A stretch of DNA of 61,826 bases from an uncultured Clostridium sp. (GTDB lineage Bacteria > Bacillota > Clostridia > TANB77 > CAG-508), in NCBI GenBank assembly GCA_900556135.1, contig USNR01000002.1:1-61826 (forward strand), read 5' to 3'. Position 1 is the first letter of the stretch, and each line of letters starts with the position of its first letter. The position numbers and the translations under genes are program-made. The notes beneath the pieces were generated by a model. That model had not been told where the DNA came from. It saw nothing but the letters and a program-made list of their open reading frames with translations, and did not search any database. Below are positions 11,279 to 20,089 of the stretch, piece after piece.

Positions 11279-12043
11279 CTACTCAATTAATTTTGCTTTA
11301 CCTGTACTATAATCAATCTCAAAATTATCTTGTACATTATATATAAATTTATTAAAAGATATCCCTTCCTCTTCAACTGATTTAGCCTCTATTTCCACAC
11401 CAGTTGCTAATTCATTTTCACCGTTATAAATAGGCGTTACTCTATACAAAATATGATAATCCTTACCTTGCTTATTTTTATCCTTAATCCAATTTGCAAC
11501 TTTGTTTTCATGTTCTATCATTGCAGCATTCATCTGCGAAGTACCTGTAATCAAATTTTGTTTATTATTATTTTCATTTCCTAATTGCCATGCTATTAAA
11601 TGGCATCTTTCATATAAATGCTTACTGTTGTTTTCACCATATAAATATTGTACCCAACCTGAAGGCTTGTATGAAATATTGCCTCTCTTAGTTTCTGAAG
11701 GTGGCATAGTATATTTACATACATTTGCAAAAGCTACTCCCGCTCTATTTAAATCATCCAACCTTGAATAATCTTCAAAATTCTCTGTAGTCATATCCTT
11801 TTCTTCAAAGTATGGTACATCATTATTTATATCAATAACTATTTGCCCTGAATATGTTGGAATATCATTGGTTTCAACTTTTACACTGTTTTCAGCTATT
11901 GTATTTATTTGAACATCATTTGATACTTCATTTTCATTCGGTAATACAACATACCTCTTTAAAACTAATAACAGAGCAAAAATTATTAGTACTCCTACTT
12001 GTTTTAAATATCTTTCTTTTATATTATTTTTTTTACTTTTCAT
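11279..12043 (-). CDS. membrane-anchored DNA/RNA non-specific endonuclease (His-Me finger, EndA/EssD-like)
   Basis: 254 aa. N-terminal anchor VGVLIIFALLLVL. Catalytic-type segment YERCHLIAWQLGNENNNKQNLITGTSQMN. The ATG overlaps the stop of the upstream gene (ATGA). Confidence 0.75.
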   Translation of the reverse strand: MKSKKNNIKERYLKQVGVLIIFALLLVLKRYVVLPNENEVSNDVQINTIAENSVKVETNDIPTYSGQIVIDINNDVPYFEEKDMTTENFEDYSRLDDLNRAGVAFANVCKYTMPPSETKRGNISYKPSGWVQYLYGENNSKHLYERCHLIAWQLGNENNNKQNLITGTSQMNAAMIEHENKVANWIKDKNKQGKDYHILYRVTPIYNGENELATGVEIEAKSVEEEGISFNKFIYNVQDNFEIDYSTGKAKLIE

Positions 12044-13413
12044 ATTTTCTCCTGTCTATCTCTGTCGTTTTCTTTTTGATTTGGCCATACATCATCTAAT
12101 CTTATTTCTCTTGTTCCATCTTTACTTTTTCCTAAGGAAATTGATTGTAGTTTAACATTTCCTCTTCTCAAGCCTCTTGCTAATATTTCGTAACATCTTT
12201 CCTCTTCTTCTTTTGTTCCACTCATATTTATAGTTTTAATTACCAAACTACTAATTTCTCTATTTCTTATTTCATTCTTTAATCTTCTAACATATTTTAC
12301 TCTGTCACTTTCCATTTCATCTTTCGCGTTCTCTGCTTTATACCTCTCAATAAATCCATCACAAATTCTATTTGCATCCTCAAACTCATTTCTATTAGCT
12401 AAGTTCTCTACAACTGTTCTAATAGCTACTTCTTCCTCTCCTCCGCATAACTCTTGAATTTGAACTATTGCTTTTTCTGGATTCTGTATCTGAAATCTAT
12501 CTGCTTTTTCTATAATAGCCATTTTTATCTGAAGCAAAATCTGTTTTCTTTCCTGTTCTTCTGTTAAACTAAATCTTGTTTTAGGTTTGCCTTCAACTCT
12601 TCTCTTTGCCTCTTGATCTATAATCCCGTTTGCCTCTCTAATATCTATATTTCCACTTGCTAGCTTTTTTATAATTCCTACTATATCTGTGGAAATATTA
12701 CTTCTTAAATTTTCAACAGCCTGTTGCAACTTAATATCCGATATTCTTTTTAAAATTCTAGCTTTTATTTGCCCAGTTGAAATAAATCTAACATTTCCCA
12801 TAATCTCTCCGATCCTTCTATTTAGCTCTTGCAGTTTATCAATATCATCTACATCACCATATTCTCGTTCAAGAGCTTCTGCCAATCTAATTGCAATTCT
12901 ATCTTGTTGCTTTTTTAGTCTCTTACTATCTAGTTTTGACCATTTTATCTTTGTCTTTTCCAATCCAAGCCTATAAAGTTTCTCAGCATCTTCAAGTGGT
13001 AATTGGTATTTTTCTATTTGTTCCAACTCATCTAATATCTTTCCTACATTTTCTCTTCTTTCTTTTTCAGATAATGTTTCTATTTTCCCTCTCCTATCTT
13101 CTATTGATTCCACAACACGTTTTATTAATTTTCGTTCATATGGTGACAATATCTCTTCTGTACTAGTTTTCTCACTATTGTCTCCCATGTACAGCTGTCT
13201 ATACTTTTCTCTCATTTCTCTTATACCAGAACAGCCAGAATCTTCTTCACTTTCTATAAATTCTTCATCTTTTAACTTCTTGTTTTCTCTATCATTTTTT
13301 ATATACAATTCATATTCTTTTATCGTTTCTAGTGGTATTCCTAACTCAAAAGATATTAATTCTAAATCAAATCCACTTCGTATTAACTCTTTTACTTGTG
13401 CCATTTCTTCCAT
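12040..13413 (-). CDS. hypothetical highly charged, helix/coiled-coil-rich protein (457 aa)
   Basis: Long ORF with RBS AGGGGA 8 nt before the ATG. It has its own promoter TTTACA-17-TGaTATAAT at 13554-13520. No family recognised. Confidence 0.7.
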   Translation of the reverse strand: MEEMAQVKELIRSGFDLELISFELGIPLETIKEYELYIKNDRENKKLKDEEFIESEEDSGCSGIREMREKYRQLYMGDNSEKTSTEEILSPYERKLIKRVVESIEDRRGKIETLSEKERRENVGKILDELEQIEKYQLPLEDAEKLYRLGLEKTKIKWSKLDSKRLKKQQDRIAIRLAEALEREYGDVDDIDKLQELNRRIGEIMGNVRFISTGQIKARILKRISDIKLQQAVENLRSNISTDIVGIIKKLASGNIDIREANGIIDQEAKRRVEGKPKTRFSLTEEQERKQILLQIKMAIIEKADRFQIQNPEKAIVQIQELCGGEEEVAIRTVVENLANRNEFEDANRICDGFIERYKAENAKDEMESDRVKYVRRLKNEIRNREISSLVIKTINMSGTKEEEERCYEILARGLRRGNVKLQSISLGKSKDGTREIRLDDVWPNQKENDRDRQEKI

Positions 13414-13613
13414 AATACTAATCCCCTATTTTTATCTTTTACCTTTTGCATATACAAAAAGAGCTTTAATAATATTCAAACCCTATAAATTTCTTTTCAA
13501 TTATTCTAATAATATCCGCTATTATATCACCATTCCACCAATTTGTAAAGATTATGTAAATATATCGTTTTTTATTTTAAAAGACCTTAGCCTTATCATT
13601 CTATCTTTCTTTC

Positions 13614-13650
13614 TACAAAAAGAAATTCCCCAGAATTTCTGAGGAATTTC
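13614..13650 (-). terminator. intrinsic terminator after the 70-aa gene
   Basis: GAAATTCC (13622-13629) pairs with GGAATTTC (13643-13650). On the minus strand it is followed by UUUUUGU. Confidence 0.65.
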
Positions 13651-13671
13651 TTCTTGTTCCAAAATATAATT

Positions 13672-13881
13672 TTATTCGTTCGGAGTTTCTTCATCATCTT
13701 CTTTCTGCACAATTTCCTTTAAATCTTTAAGGAAATTCAGCAACTTAATTTTTTCCGTAGAGCCTTTAGCACTAACGAAATCATTGATGAACTTTGCAAA
13801 GTTCATTCTTGCCTTCATCCAAGATTCTTCTGGAATATTGGTATCAGCCAAGATTTCCTCCAAAGTCTTTTTTTCCTGCAT
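13672..13881 (-). CDS. hypothetical small acidic protein (69 aa)
   Basis: ORF ATG at 13881 (MQEKKTLEEIL...). No convincing SD. Shares the elevated G+C of the upstream gene. Confidence 0.45.
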   Translation of the reverse strand: MQEKKTLEEILADTNIPEESWMKARMNFAKFINDFVSAKGSTEKIKLLNFLKDLKEIVQKEDDEETPNE

Positions 13882-13914
13882 CACAGCAGAATAAGCAATA
13901 TCAAAAATTTCCTT

Positions 13915-14979
13915 CTAGACATCCGGATTCTCTTTTTCGAGTCCCATAACAGTTAAAATATATCTTAACTTTTCTTCTTTGGACTGAGTTTTTATGACAC
14001 TGCCTAACATACCTGCTAAATAGCTCATTTCAGGAACATTTTCCGTCTGAGAATTTTCCTTCGAGACCTCCTCTTGATTTTTTCCAGGCACTAACACCTG
14101 ACTTTCCCCTTCGGATTCATGAATAGCCAATTCAGGTTCACCCCCAAAAGGGTAATCCTTGTAACTTACCACCATCTCCAAGAAGGAAAAGAATTTCTTA
14201 GAACCTGTCTTCATCTCAAATTTCTTAGCCAGATTGAACCTTTCCCAGTTTTTAAAAGTTACACCATTACTTACACAGGCATTCATCAATTCTTCCCAAC
14301 AAATGTTGGTCACCATAAAGGTTGCTTTTATCACCTCTTCAAAAAAGCTCTGCCTTTTTCCCGTATTCATCCAGTTACCAACCATCTTCACAAAGCTTTC
14401 AAAAGACGTAGCCTTCTCAGCCAATTCTCTTAGCTGATTCATTATTTCGCTTTGAGCATCTGTACCTTCCGCTACATTTTTCTTTTCAACCTGCTCAGCA
14501 ACAGCTTTCTTCCTCTTAGCCTTCTTCGTCCGTCCAGAAATTTCCTGCTTTTCAGCCAGCTCGGTCTGTTCAGGAACTTTCTCCTGCTTTTCAACGCTCT
14601 CCGCCTGATTAGGAATTTCCTCCTTCTTTTCGACCGTCTGATTAGGAATCTCTCCTTTAGCTTTGACGTTTCCTGTCTGATTAGAAGTCTTTTCTTCAGG
14701 CTTTATCTTTTTTCTTCTTGTCCCTGCATTGGGCTTGCTCTTTTCAGGCTTATCATTTTCTTTCTCATTTTCTTCGCCATAAAAAAGATCAAAGCCATCA
14801 CAAGTGCCAATTGCCTCAATGAGTCTCAATGGCGGTTCTCCCTCAAAAAAGATTTCAAGTTCTCCTGTACCTCCTTTGATGTTAATTTTGCTTTTCGGAT
14901 TAAATTCCTCAAAGAAAGCATGAATCAAATCTCCTCCCTGATTATTGTTGCCAATCCGTATCTTTGCTAAAATTTTCAT
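13915..14979 (-). CDS. hypothetical protein with K/E/Q-rich repetitive linker (354 aa)
   Basis: Start set at ATG 14979 (MKILAKIRIG), 9 nt after AAAGGGG. The tracked GTG at 15036 has no RBS. Internal 11-aa periodic repeat (EIPNQ...) is encoded by the ctgattaggaat repeat at 14604-14655. Promoter TTGTGA-17-TGaTATAAT lies at 15143-15110. Confidence 0.65.
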   Translation of the reverse strand: MKILAKIRIGNNNQGGDLIHAFFEEFNPKSKINIKGGTGELEIFFEGEPPLRLIEAIGTCDGFDLFYGEENEKENDKPEKSKPNAGTRRKKIKPEEKTSNQTGNVKAKGEIPNQTVEKKEEIPNQAESVEKQEKVPEQTELAEKQEISGRTKKAKRKKAVAEQVEKKNVAEGTDAQSEIMNQLRELAEKATSFESFVKMVGNWMNTGKRQSFFEEVIKATFMVTNICWEELMNACVSNGVTFKNWERFNLAKKFEMKTGSKKFFSFLEMVVSYKDYPFGGEPELAIHESEGESQVLVPGKNQEEVSKENSQTENVPEMSYLAGMLGSVIKTQSKEEKLRYILTVMGLEKENPDV

Positions 14980-15273
14980 TTGTTTTTGCCCCTTTCTTAA
15001 AAAGACTAAATTAAAATTATATCTTGGTTCTTCCACAATTTCTTATATTCAGCAGATAAATTCATCGCCGAAATATAATAAAAAACTGGAAATCTTCCAA
15101 TACATCTACTATTATATCACATATTTACATAATTCACAACTAAGTTTCAATTATAGATTCTCCCCTTTTTATTACTTATAACATAATAGTGGATTGATTA
15201 ATAATTTTCCTCCTATTAACCAATCCACACAAAATTAATTCTAAAACATTTTTTCACTAAATTGTTTAAAAGT

Positions 15274-15540
15274 TTAATTTTCCAAATGTTTTAAATGATC
15301 ATATTTATTCTTTGTAGCCATTCCTCCTCTAATATGCCTCTCTGCCTTATTTTCATCCAATATAACTCTAACCTCAGAAGCTAAAACAGGGTTAATTTTC
15401 AAGAGTCGCTCAGACACATCTTTGTGTACTGTACTTTTGCTTATTCCATACCTCTTAGCAGCACCTCTAACCGTATCTTTTGTTTCTATTATATAATGTG
15501 CTAACTTACATGCACGTTCTTCTATTGATATTCCTTTCAT
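15274..15540 (-). CDS. spoIIID: stage III sporulation protein D (mother-cell transcription factor)
   Basis: MKGISIEERACKLAHYIIETKDTVRGAAKRYGISKSTVHKDVSERL...AERHIRGG. ATG at 15540 lies 8 nt after GGGGG. Confidence 0.9.
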   Translation of the reverse strand: MKGISIEERACKLAHYIIETKDTVRGAAKRYGISKSTVHKDVSERLLKINPVLASEVRVILDENKAERHIRGGMATKNKYDHLKHLEN

Positions 15541-15718
15541 AAAGTTAACCCCCATTGCGAATACTTTTGTTTAATTGTATTCGCGTTGGGGGTATATTAG
15601 AACATCATAATTGCTGTTATCTATAAAAGAAAAAGGAAATATTTACTAATGCTTTTACATATCTTTCAAGTAATAATGGAGAAACCACAAACGTGGTTTG
15701 CCAGTAATATGCATAAAA

Positions 15719-15752
15719 AAACACACCTAACTGGGCAAGTTACAGATGTGTT
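15719..15752. terminator. intrinsic terminator downstream of spo0A (hairpin flanked by A- and T-runs)
   Basis: AAACACACCTAAC...GTTACAGATGTGTTT with G-U pairs. T-run 15751-15757, A-run 15715-15721. Confidence 0.6.
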
Positions 15753-15821
15753 TTTTTATTGGTTTATTTGCTTTTGCTCAAAATTACTGCTAATGCTATA
15801 ATCAAGGCAATCGCTATGATA

Positions 15822-16643
15822 TTATGCTGTTTTTAATTCTAATCTTAATTTATCAGCTATCATTGCTATAAATTCGCTATTTGTTGGCTTTCCTTTGCTT
15901 GCTGATACTGTGTATCCAAATATATTCTCAACTGTTTCTTGTTGACCTCTTCCCCATGCGACTTCTATCGCATGACGAATTGCACGCTCTACACGGCTAG
16001 GGGTTGTATGATATTTCTCTGCTATTTCAGGGTATAGTTGTTTTGTTATTTGATTTATGATGTCTATGTCATTTACAACCATCATTATTGCTTCTCTTAA
16101 ATATTGGTATCCCTTAATATGTGCTGGTACTCCTATTTCATGTATAACGTTTGTTACTAGTGCTTCCAAATTTTCTTGGCTCTTCTTCTCTGATTGAGGA
16201 ATGTCTATATATTGTGCTTTTGTTTCTTTTAACACAAAACTACTTCCTCTATTTGTTGCAGGTTGATAATTTTTTAGTTCTTTTATTCTATGTATTAATA
16301 CTTGTATGTCAAATGGTTTCACTACATAATATTGAGCTCCTAGTGAAATTGCTTTTTGAGTTATTTTGTCTTGTCCTACTGCTGATAGCATAATACATAT
16401 TGGTGGTTTTTCCATGTCCATTGAATTTATTTGTTCTAGAACTCCTAGTCCATCTAAGTGCGGCATAATTACATCTAATAATACTACATTGGGTTTTAGC
16501 GATTTTATCATTTCTATTGCTTCTTCTCCATCCTTTGCCATACCTATTACTTCGATTTCCTCATCCTTTTCTAAATAGTTTGACAAGGTTGTAGCAAACT
16601 CTCTGTTGTCATCTGAAATTAAAACTGTAATTTTTTCATTCAC
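15822..16643 (-). CDS. spo0A: sporulation master response regulator Spo0A
   Basis: Receiver domain [10 protein letters not shown]...[15 protein letters not shown]. Diagnostic C-terminal [21 protein letters not shown] start 6 nt after AGGGGGAAC. Confidence 0.95.
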   Translation of the reverse strand: MNEKITVLISDDNREFATTLSNYLEKDEEIEVIGMAKDGEEAIEMIKSLKPNVVLLDVIMPHLDGLGVLEQINSMDMEKPPICIMLSAVGQDKITQKAISLGAQYYVVKPFDIQVLIHRIKELKNYQPATNRGSSFVLKETKAQYIDIPQSEKKSQENLEALVTNVIHEIGVPAHIKGYQYLREAIMMVVNDIDIINQITKQLYPEIAEKYHTTPSRVERAIRHAIEVAWGRGQQETVENIFGYTVSASKGKPTNSEFIAMIADKLRLELKTA

Positions 16644-16782
16644 TCTTATGTTCCCCCTATAATTATTATTTTATAAAATAATATAAATATTTAGTTATTT
16701 AAATATTTTACATTTCGTATTATATATAGTTTTTAGTGGGTTTGCAATAGATTTAGAGTATTTTTCCATTTTTTTCCAGACG

Positions 16783-17439
16783 TTATTCTTCTTTTTGTAT
16801 GTATTTTCGACAAAGTTCGACACAGTTTAATATATTCCCCATTTTATCTTCATTTTTCTCTATGCTATTATTTTTTATTTTTTCATATTGCTCATCATTT
16901 ATCTCAATAATATAAAATATATTTTCCTTATATTCTATATTCACAATTTTTATTTTATTTTTAGTACAATAATACTTGAATTTTTCATTATCAGCATAAG
17001 AAATTTCTACCTTTGCCTCTATTCCATTTTCCATTTTTACAATTTTCGCTTTATTTAGTGCCTCTATACTTGCATTTGAATATGCCCTAACTAAGCCACC
17101 AGCTCCTAGTAAAATTCCTCCAAAATATCTTGTTACTATTATTAAAACATTTTGAAGATTGTTCTTTTGAATAACATTTAATATTGGTTCACCCGCAGTA
17201 CCAGAAGGTTCCCCATCATCATTCATCTTTGTTTTTATTTGATTATCTTCTAAAACACTAAAAGCAAAACAATTATGTTTTGCATCATAGTATTTTTTCT
17301 TTATTTGTTTTATTTTTTCTTCAGCTTCACTAACACTCTCAATATTATATATATTGGCAATAAACTTCGACCTTTTTTCTACTATTTCATTAGTAACACT
17401 TTCTGTTATTGTTTTTATTTCTACACTTTTCATTCCCAT
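16783..17439 (-). CDS. YigZ/IMPACT family protein (UPF0029)
   Basis: 218 aa. EIVEKRSKFIANIY...HNCFAF...DDGEPSGTAGEPIL. Confidence 0.8.
   Translation of the reverse strand: MGMKSVEIKTITESVTNEIVEKRSKFIANIYNIESVSEAEEKIKQIKKKYYDAKHNCFAFSVLEDNQIKTKMNDDGEPSGTAGEPILNVIQKNNLQNVLIIVTRYFGGILLGAGGLVRAYSNASIEALNKAKIVKMENGIEAKVEISYADNEKFKYYCTKNKIKIVNIEYKENIFYIIEINDEQYEKIKNNSIEKNEDKMGNILNCVELCRKYIQKEE
16806..16822 (-). promoter_or_regulatory. two tandem 0A boxes (TGTCGAA) upstream of spo0A
   Basis: Plus-strand TTCGACA at 16806-16812 and 16816-16822, 10 nt start to start. They lie inside the 3' end of the yigZ-like gene, about 60-80 nt upstream of a TTGCAA(16747-16742)-17-TATAAT(16724-16719) promoter. Confidence 0.5.
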
Positions 17440-17497
17440 TATTGTATAATAAATTCAATTTATTATTCCCTTCTTTTAATATCCACTATATAAATTA

Positions 17498-18760
17498 TCA
17501 GTTAAGCCCTGCTGTAAAGCCCGTTGAGTATGCTATTTGTAAATTAAATCCTCCTGTATAAGCATCTACATCAATAACTTCTCCAGCAAAATACAATCCT
17601 TCTACTATTTTAGATTCCATTGTTTTAGGATTAATTTCTTTTATATTTACTCCTCCTGATGTTACAATACCTTCTTCTATCGGTCTAAACCCAGATATAG
17701 TTATTCTAAAGTTTTTTAATAATTCAACTATTTTATTTCTCTCTTGTTTTGTTATTTCATTAACCTTTTTTCCCCCATTAATTCCTGATAATTGAATTAT
17801 CGGTTCTATCATTTTTTGTGGTAATAACGCTCCTAAACTATTTTTAAACTCTTTGTTTTTACTCTCATTAAAATCCCTTTGTAGTCTTAAATCTAACTTT
17901 TCTGGTGTAAGTGCTGGTTTTAAATCTATCATTAGTTGTATATTTCCCGAATTTAATAACTCGTCAACATTTTTATACCTTAATAGATGTGCAGAAGCAC
18001 TAAGAATTGTTGGTCCAGACACTCCAAAATGAGTAAATAGCATTTCTCCAAAATCTTCATATATTTTTTTATTGGTCTTAGTATCCATTATTTTTATCTT
18101 TACATTTCTTAAAGATAACCCCTGTAAATTTTTACATAGTTCTAAGTATTTGCCTTTTGCGGTCAAAGGAACTAATGATGGTTTTATTGTAGTTATTGTA
18201 TGTCCCAATTTTTTTGCTATTTCATAGCCATCACCTGTTGAACCTGTTAATGGGTACGTTGCTCCACCTGTTGCTATTATAATTTTGCCTGCAATTAACT
18301 TCTCTTCTTTACCATTATGAATATATTTAACTTTATCTACCTTTCCATCTTTACACTCAATTCCTGTTACTTTTGAATTTAGTATAATATTTACTTTTAA
18401 TCTTCTTAGTTCTTTTTCAAAAGCCCTCAATACATCTAAAGACTTATCTGAAACAGGAAATATTCTATTGCCTCTTTCTTCTTTTACTTCTACTCCATTT
18501 TTCCTCATCAATCTCATAATGTCTTCATTAGAAAAGTTTTGGAACGCACTATATAAAAACCTACCATTTCCTGGAATGTTTGCTATAAAGTCATTTATAT
18601 TCAAACTGCTAGTTATATTGCATCTTCCTTTTCCAGTTATAAGTAATTTCTTTCCTAACTTTTCATTTTTTTCAATTATCCATACTTCATTACCTAATTC
18701 TGCAGAACTTATGGCAGACATCATTCCTGCCGGTCCTCCACCTATTACTATTACTTTCAC
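17498..18760 (-). CDS. NAD(P)/FAD-dependent oxidoreductase, HI0933/YhiN (BaiN-like) family
   Basis: 420 aa. N-terminal Rossmann VIVIGGGPAGMMSA. C-terminal GLYFAGEVIDVDAYTGGFNLQ. Confidence 0.85.
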   Translation of the reverse strand: MKVIVIGGGPAGMMSAISSAELGNEVWIIEKNEKLGKKLLITGKGRCNITSSLNINDFIANIPGNGRFLYSAFQNFSNEDIMRLMRKNGVEVKEERGNRIFPVSDKSLDVLRAFEKELRRLKVNIILNSKVTGIECKDGKVDKVKYIHNGKEEKLIAGKIIIATGGATYPLTGSTGDGYEIAKKLGHTITTIKPSLVPLTAKGKYLELCKNLQGLSLRNVKIKIMDTKTNKKIYEDFGEMLFTHFGVSGPTILSASAHLLRYKNVDELLNSGNIQLMIDLKPALTPEKLDLRLQRDFNESKNKEFKNSLGALLPQKMIEPIIQLSGINGGKKVNEITKQERNKIVELLKNFRITISGFRPIEEGIVTSGGVNIKEINPKTMESKIVEGLYFAGEVIDVDAYTGGFNLQIAYSTGFTAGLN

Positions 18761-18796
18761 TAAAAAAACTTCCTTTTATAATCTTTTTATCAACAC

Positions 18797-20023
18797 TTAT
18801 TTTAATAAATTTTCTACTGCTTTTTCCAATCCTATTTTTCCATATTGATACGTTAAGCTTCCCTGTTGAAAACCAACATATGGAGGACGTAATGGCCCAT
18901 CACAGCTTAATTCTATTGATGAACCTTGAGTAAAGCTTCCTGCTGCCATTATAATTTGATCTGTGTAACCCGGCATATCTCCTGGTTCTGGTAGAGAATC
19001 AGAATCTATAGGCGAACCCATTTGTATTCCTTGACAATATTTTATAAGCTTATCTCTATCATTAAATTCAATAGTTTGTACAATATCTGTCCTTGGCTCA
19101 TTATATTTTGGTTCTACTCCATATCCTAAATCTTCTAAAACCTTACTTGTTAATATTGCTGTTTTTACACTTGCATTTACAACACTTGGTGCAAAAAATA
19201 ATCCCTGTAATATACTTTTATTAATTCCTAGAGTTGGTCCAACTTCTTTTCCTTCTCCGGGTGCAGTTAATCTTTCTCCTGCAAGTTCTACTAAATCTTT
19301 TCTTCCTGCTATGTATGCACCATTTGGAGCTATTCCTCCACCTAGATTTTTTATAAGTGAACCAACTATTACATCGGCTCCAACCTCTAGCGGTTCTTTT
19401 TCATTTACAAATTCACAATAGCAATTATCTATCATTATTATTACATCATTATCCACGGCTCTAATGCAATTTATTACTTTTTCAACTTTCTCTAAAGATA
19501 TACTTTTTCTTAACGCATATCCTTTTGATCTCTGTATTTCTATAAGCTTTATTTTTTCATTTTTTAAAGTTTCTGTAACTTTTTCATAATCAAAATCATC
19601 ATCAATTAAATCTATTTGTTTATAATTCACTCCAAATGACTTTAATGAGCTTTTGTTCTCTGTAAGCCCAATAACCTCATCAAGAGTATCATATGGTTTT
19701 CCATTTATACTAAGCATTGTATCACCTGGACGCAAAAACGCAAATAAAGCCACTGTTAAAGCATGTGTACCAGATATAAATTGACTTCTAACTAAGCTAT
19801 CCTCAGCATGTAAAATCTCTGAATATACCGCTTCTATTTTTTCTCTTCCTATATCATTATATCCATAGCCAGTTGTTGTACCAAAATGTATATCTGATAT
19901 ATGATTATTTTGAAAAGCCCTCAACACTTTTTTACTATTAAATTCACATATTTCATCAGCTCTTTTCAATTGTTCTTTTGCTGTTTCTTCTGCACTTTTT
20001 ATTAATCCTTCTACTTTATTCAT
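18797..20023 (-). CDS. PLP-dependent methionine gamma-lyase family / aluminium-resistance (YnbB-like) protein
   Basis: 408 aa. FGTTTGYGYNDIGREKIE...VRSQFISGTHALTVALF pattern is typical of this family. Confidence 0.75.
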   Translation of the reverse strand: MNKVEGLIKSAEETAKEQLKRADEICEFNSKKVLRAFQNNHISDIHFGTTTGYGYNDIGREKIEAVYSEILHAEDSLVRSQFISGTHALTVALFAFLRPGDTMLSINGKPYDTLDEVIGLTENKSSLKSFGVNYKQIDLIDDDFDYEKVTETLKNEKIKLIEIQRSKGYALRKSISLEKVEKVINCIRAVDNDVIIMIDNCYCEFVNEKEPLEVGADVIVGSLIKNLGGGIAPNGAYIAGRKDLVELAGERLTAPGEGKEVGPTLGINKSILQGLFFAPSVVNASVKTAILTSKVLEDLGYGVEPKYNEPRTDIVQTIEFNDRDKLIKYCQGIQMGSPIDSDSLPEPGDMPGYTDQIIMAAGSFTQGSSIELSCDGPLRPPYVGFQQGSLTYQYGKIGLEKAVENLLK

Positions 20024-20089
20024 TTTTCAATCCTTCCTAAAATCACATGCAGGTTCAGATTTTATTCTTTGCCTGCATACTCAAATATT

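Noticed and set aside
13519-15120. Identical 12-mer CTATTATATCAC at 13519-13530 and 15109-15120, flanking the higher-G+C two-gene module. I first read this as a possible target-site duplication or att pair.
   Set aside because: On the minus strand both copies read gTGATATAATAG. Each sits 17 nt downstream of a -35-like hexamer (TTTACA and TTGTGA), so they are extended -10 promoters for the 457-aa operon and the 354-aa gene. A 12-mer match in AT-rich spacer is also not statistically compelling.
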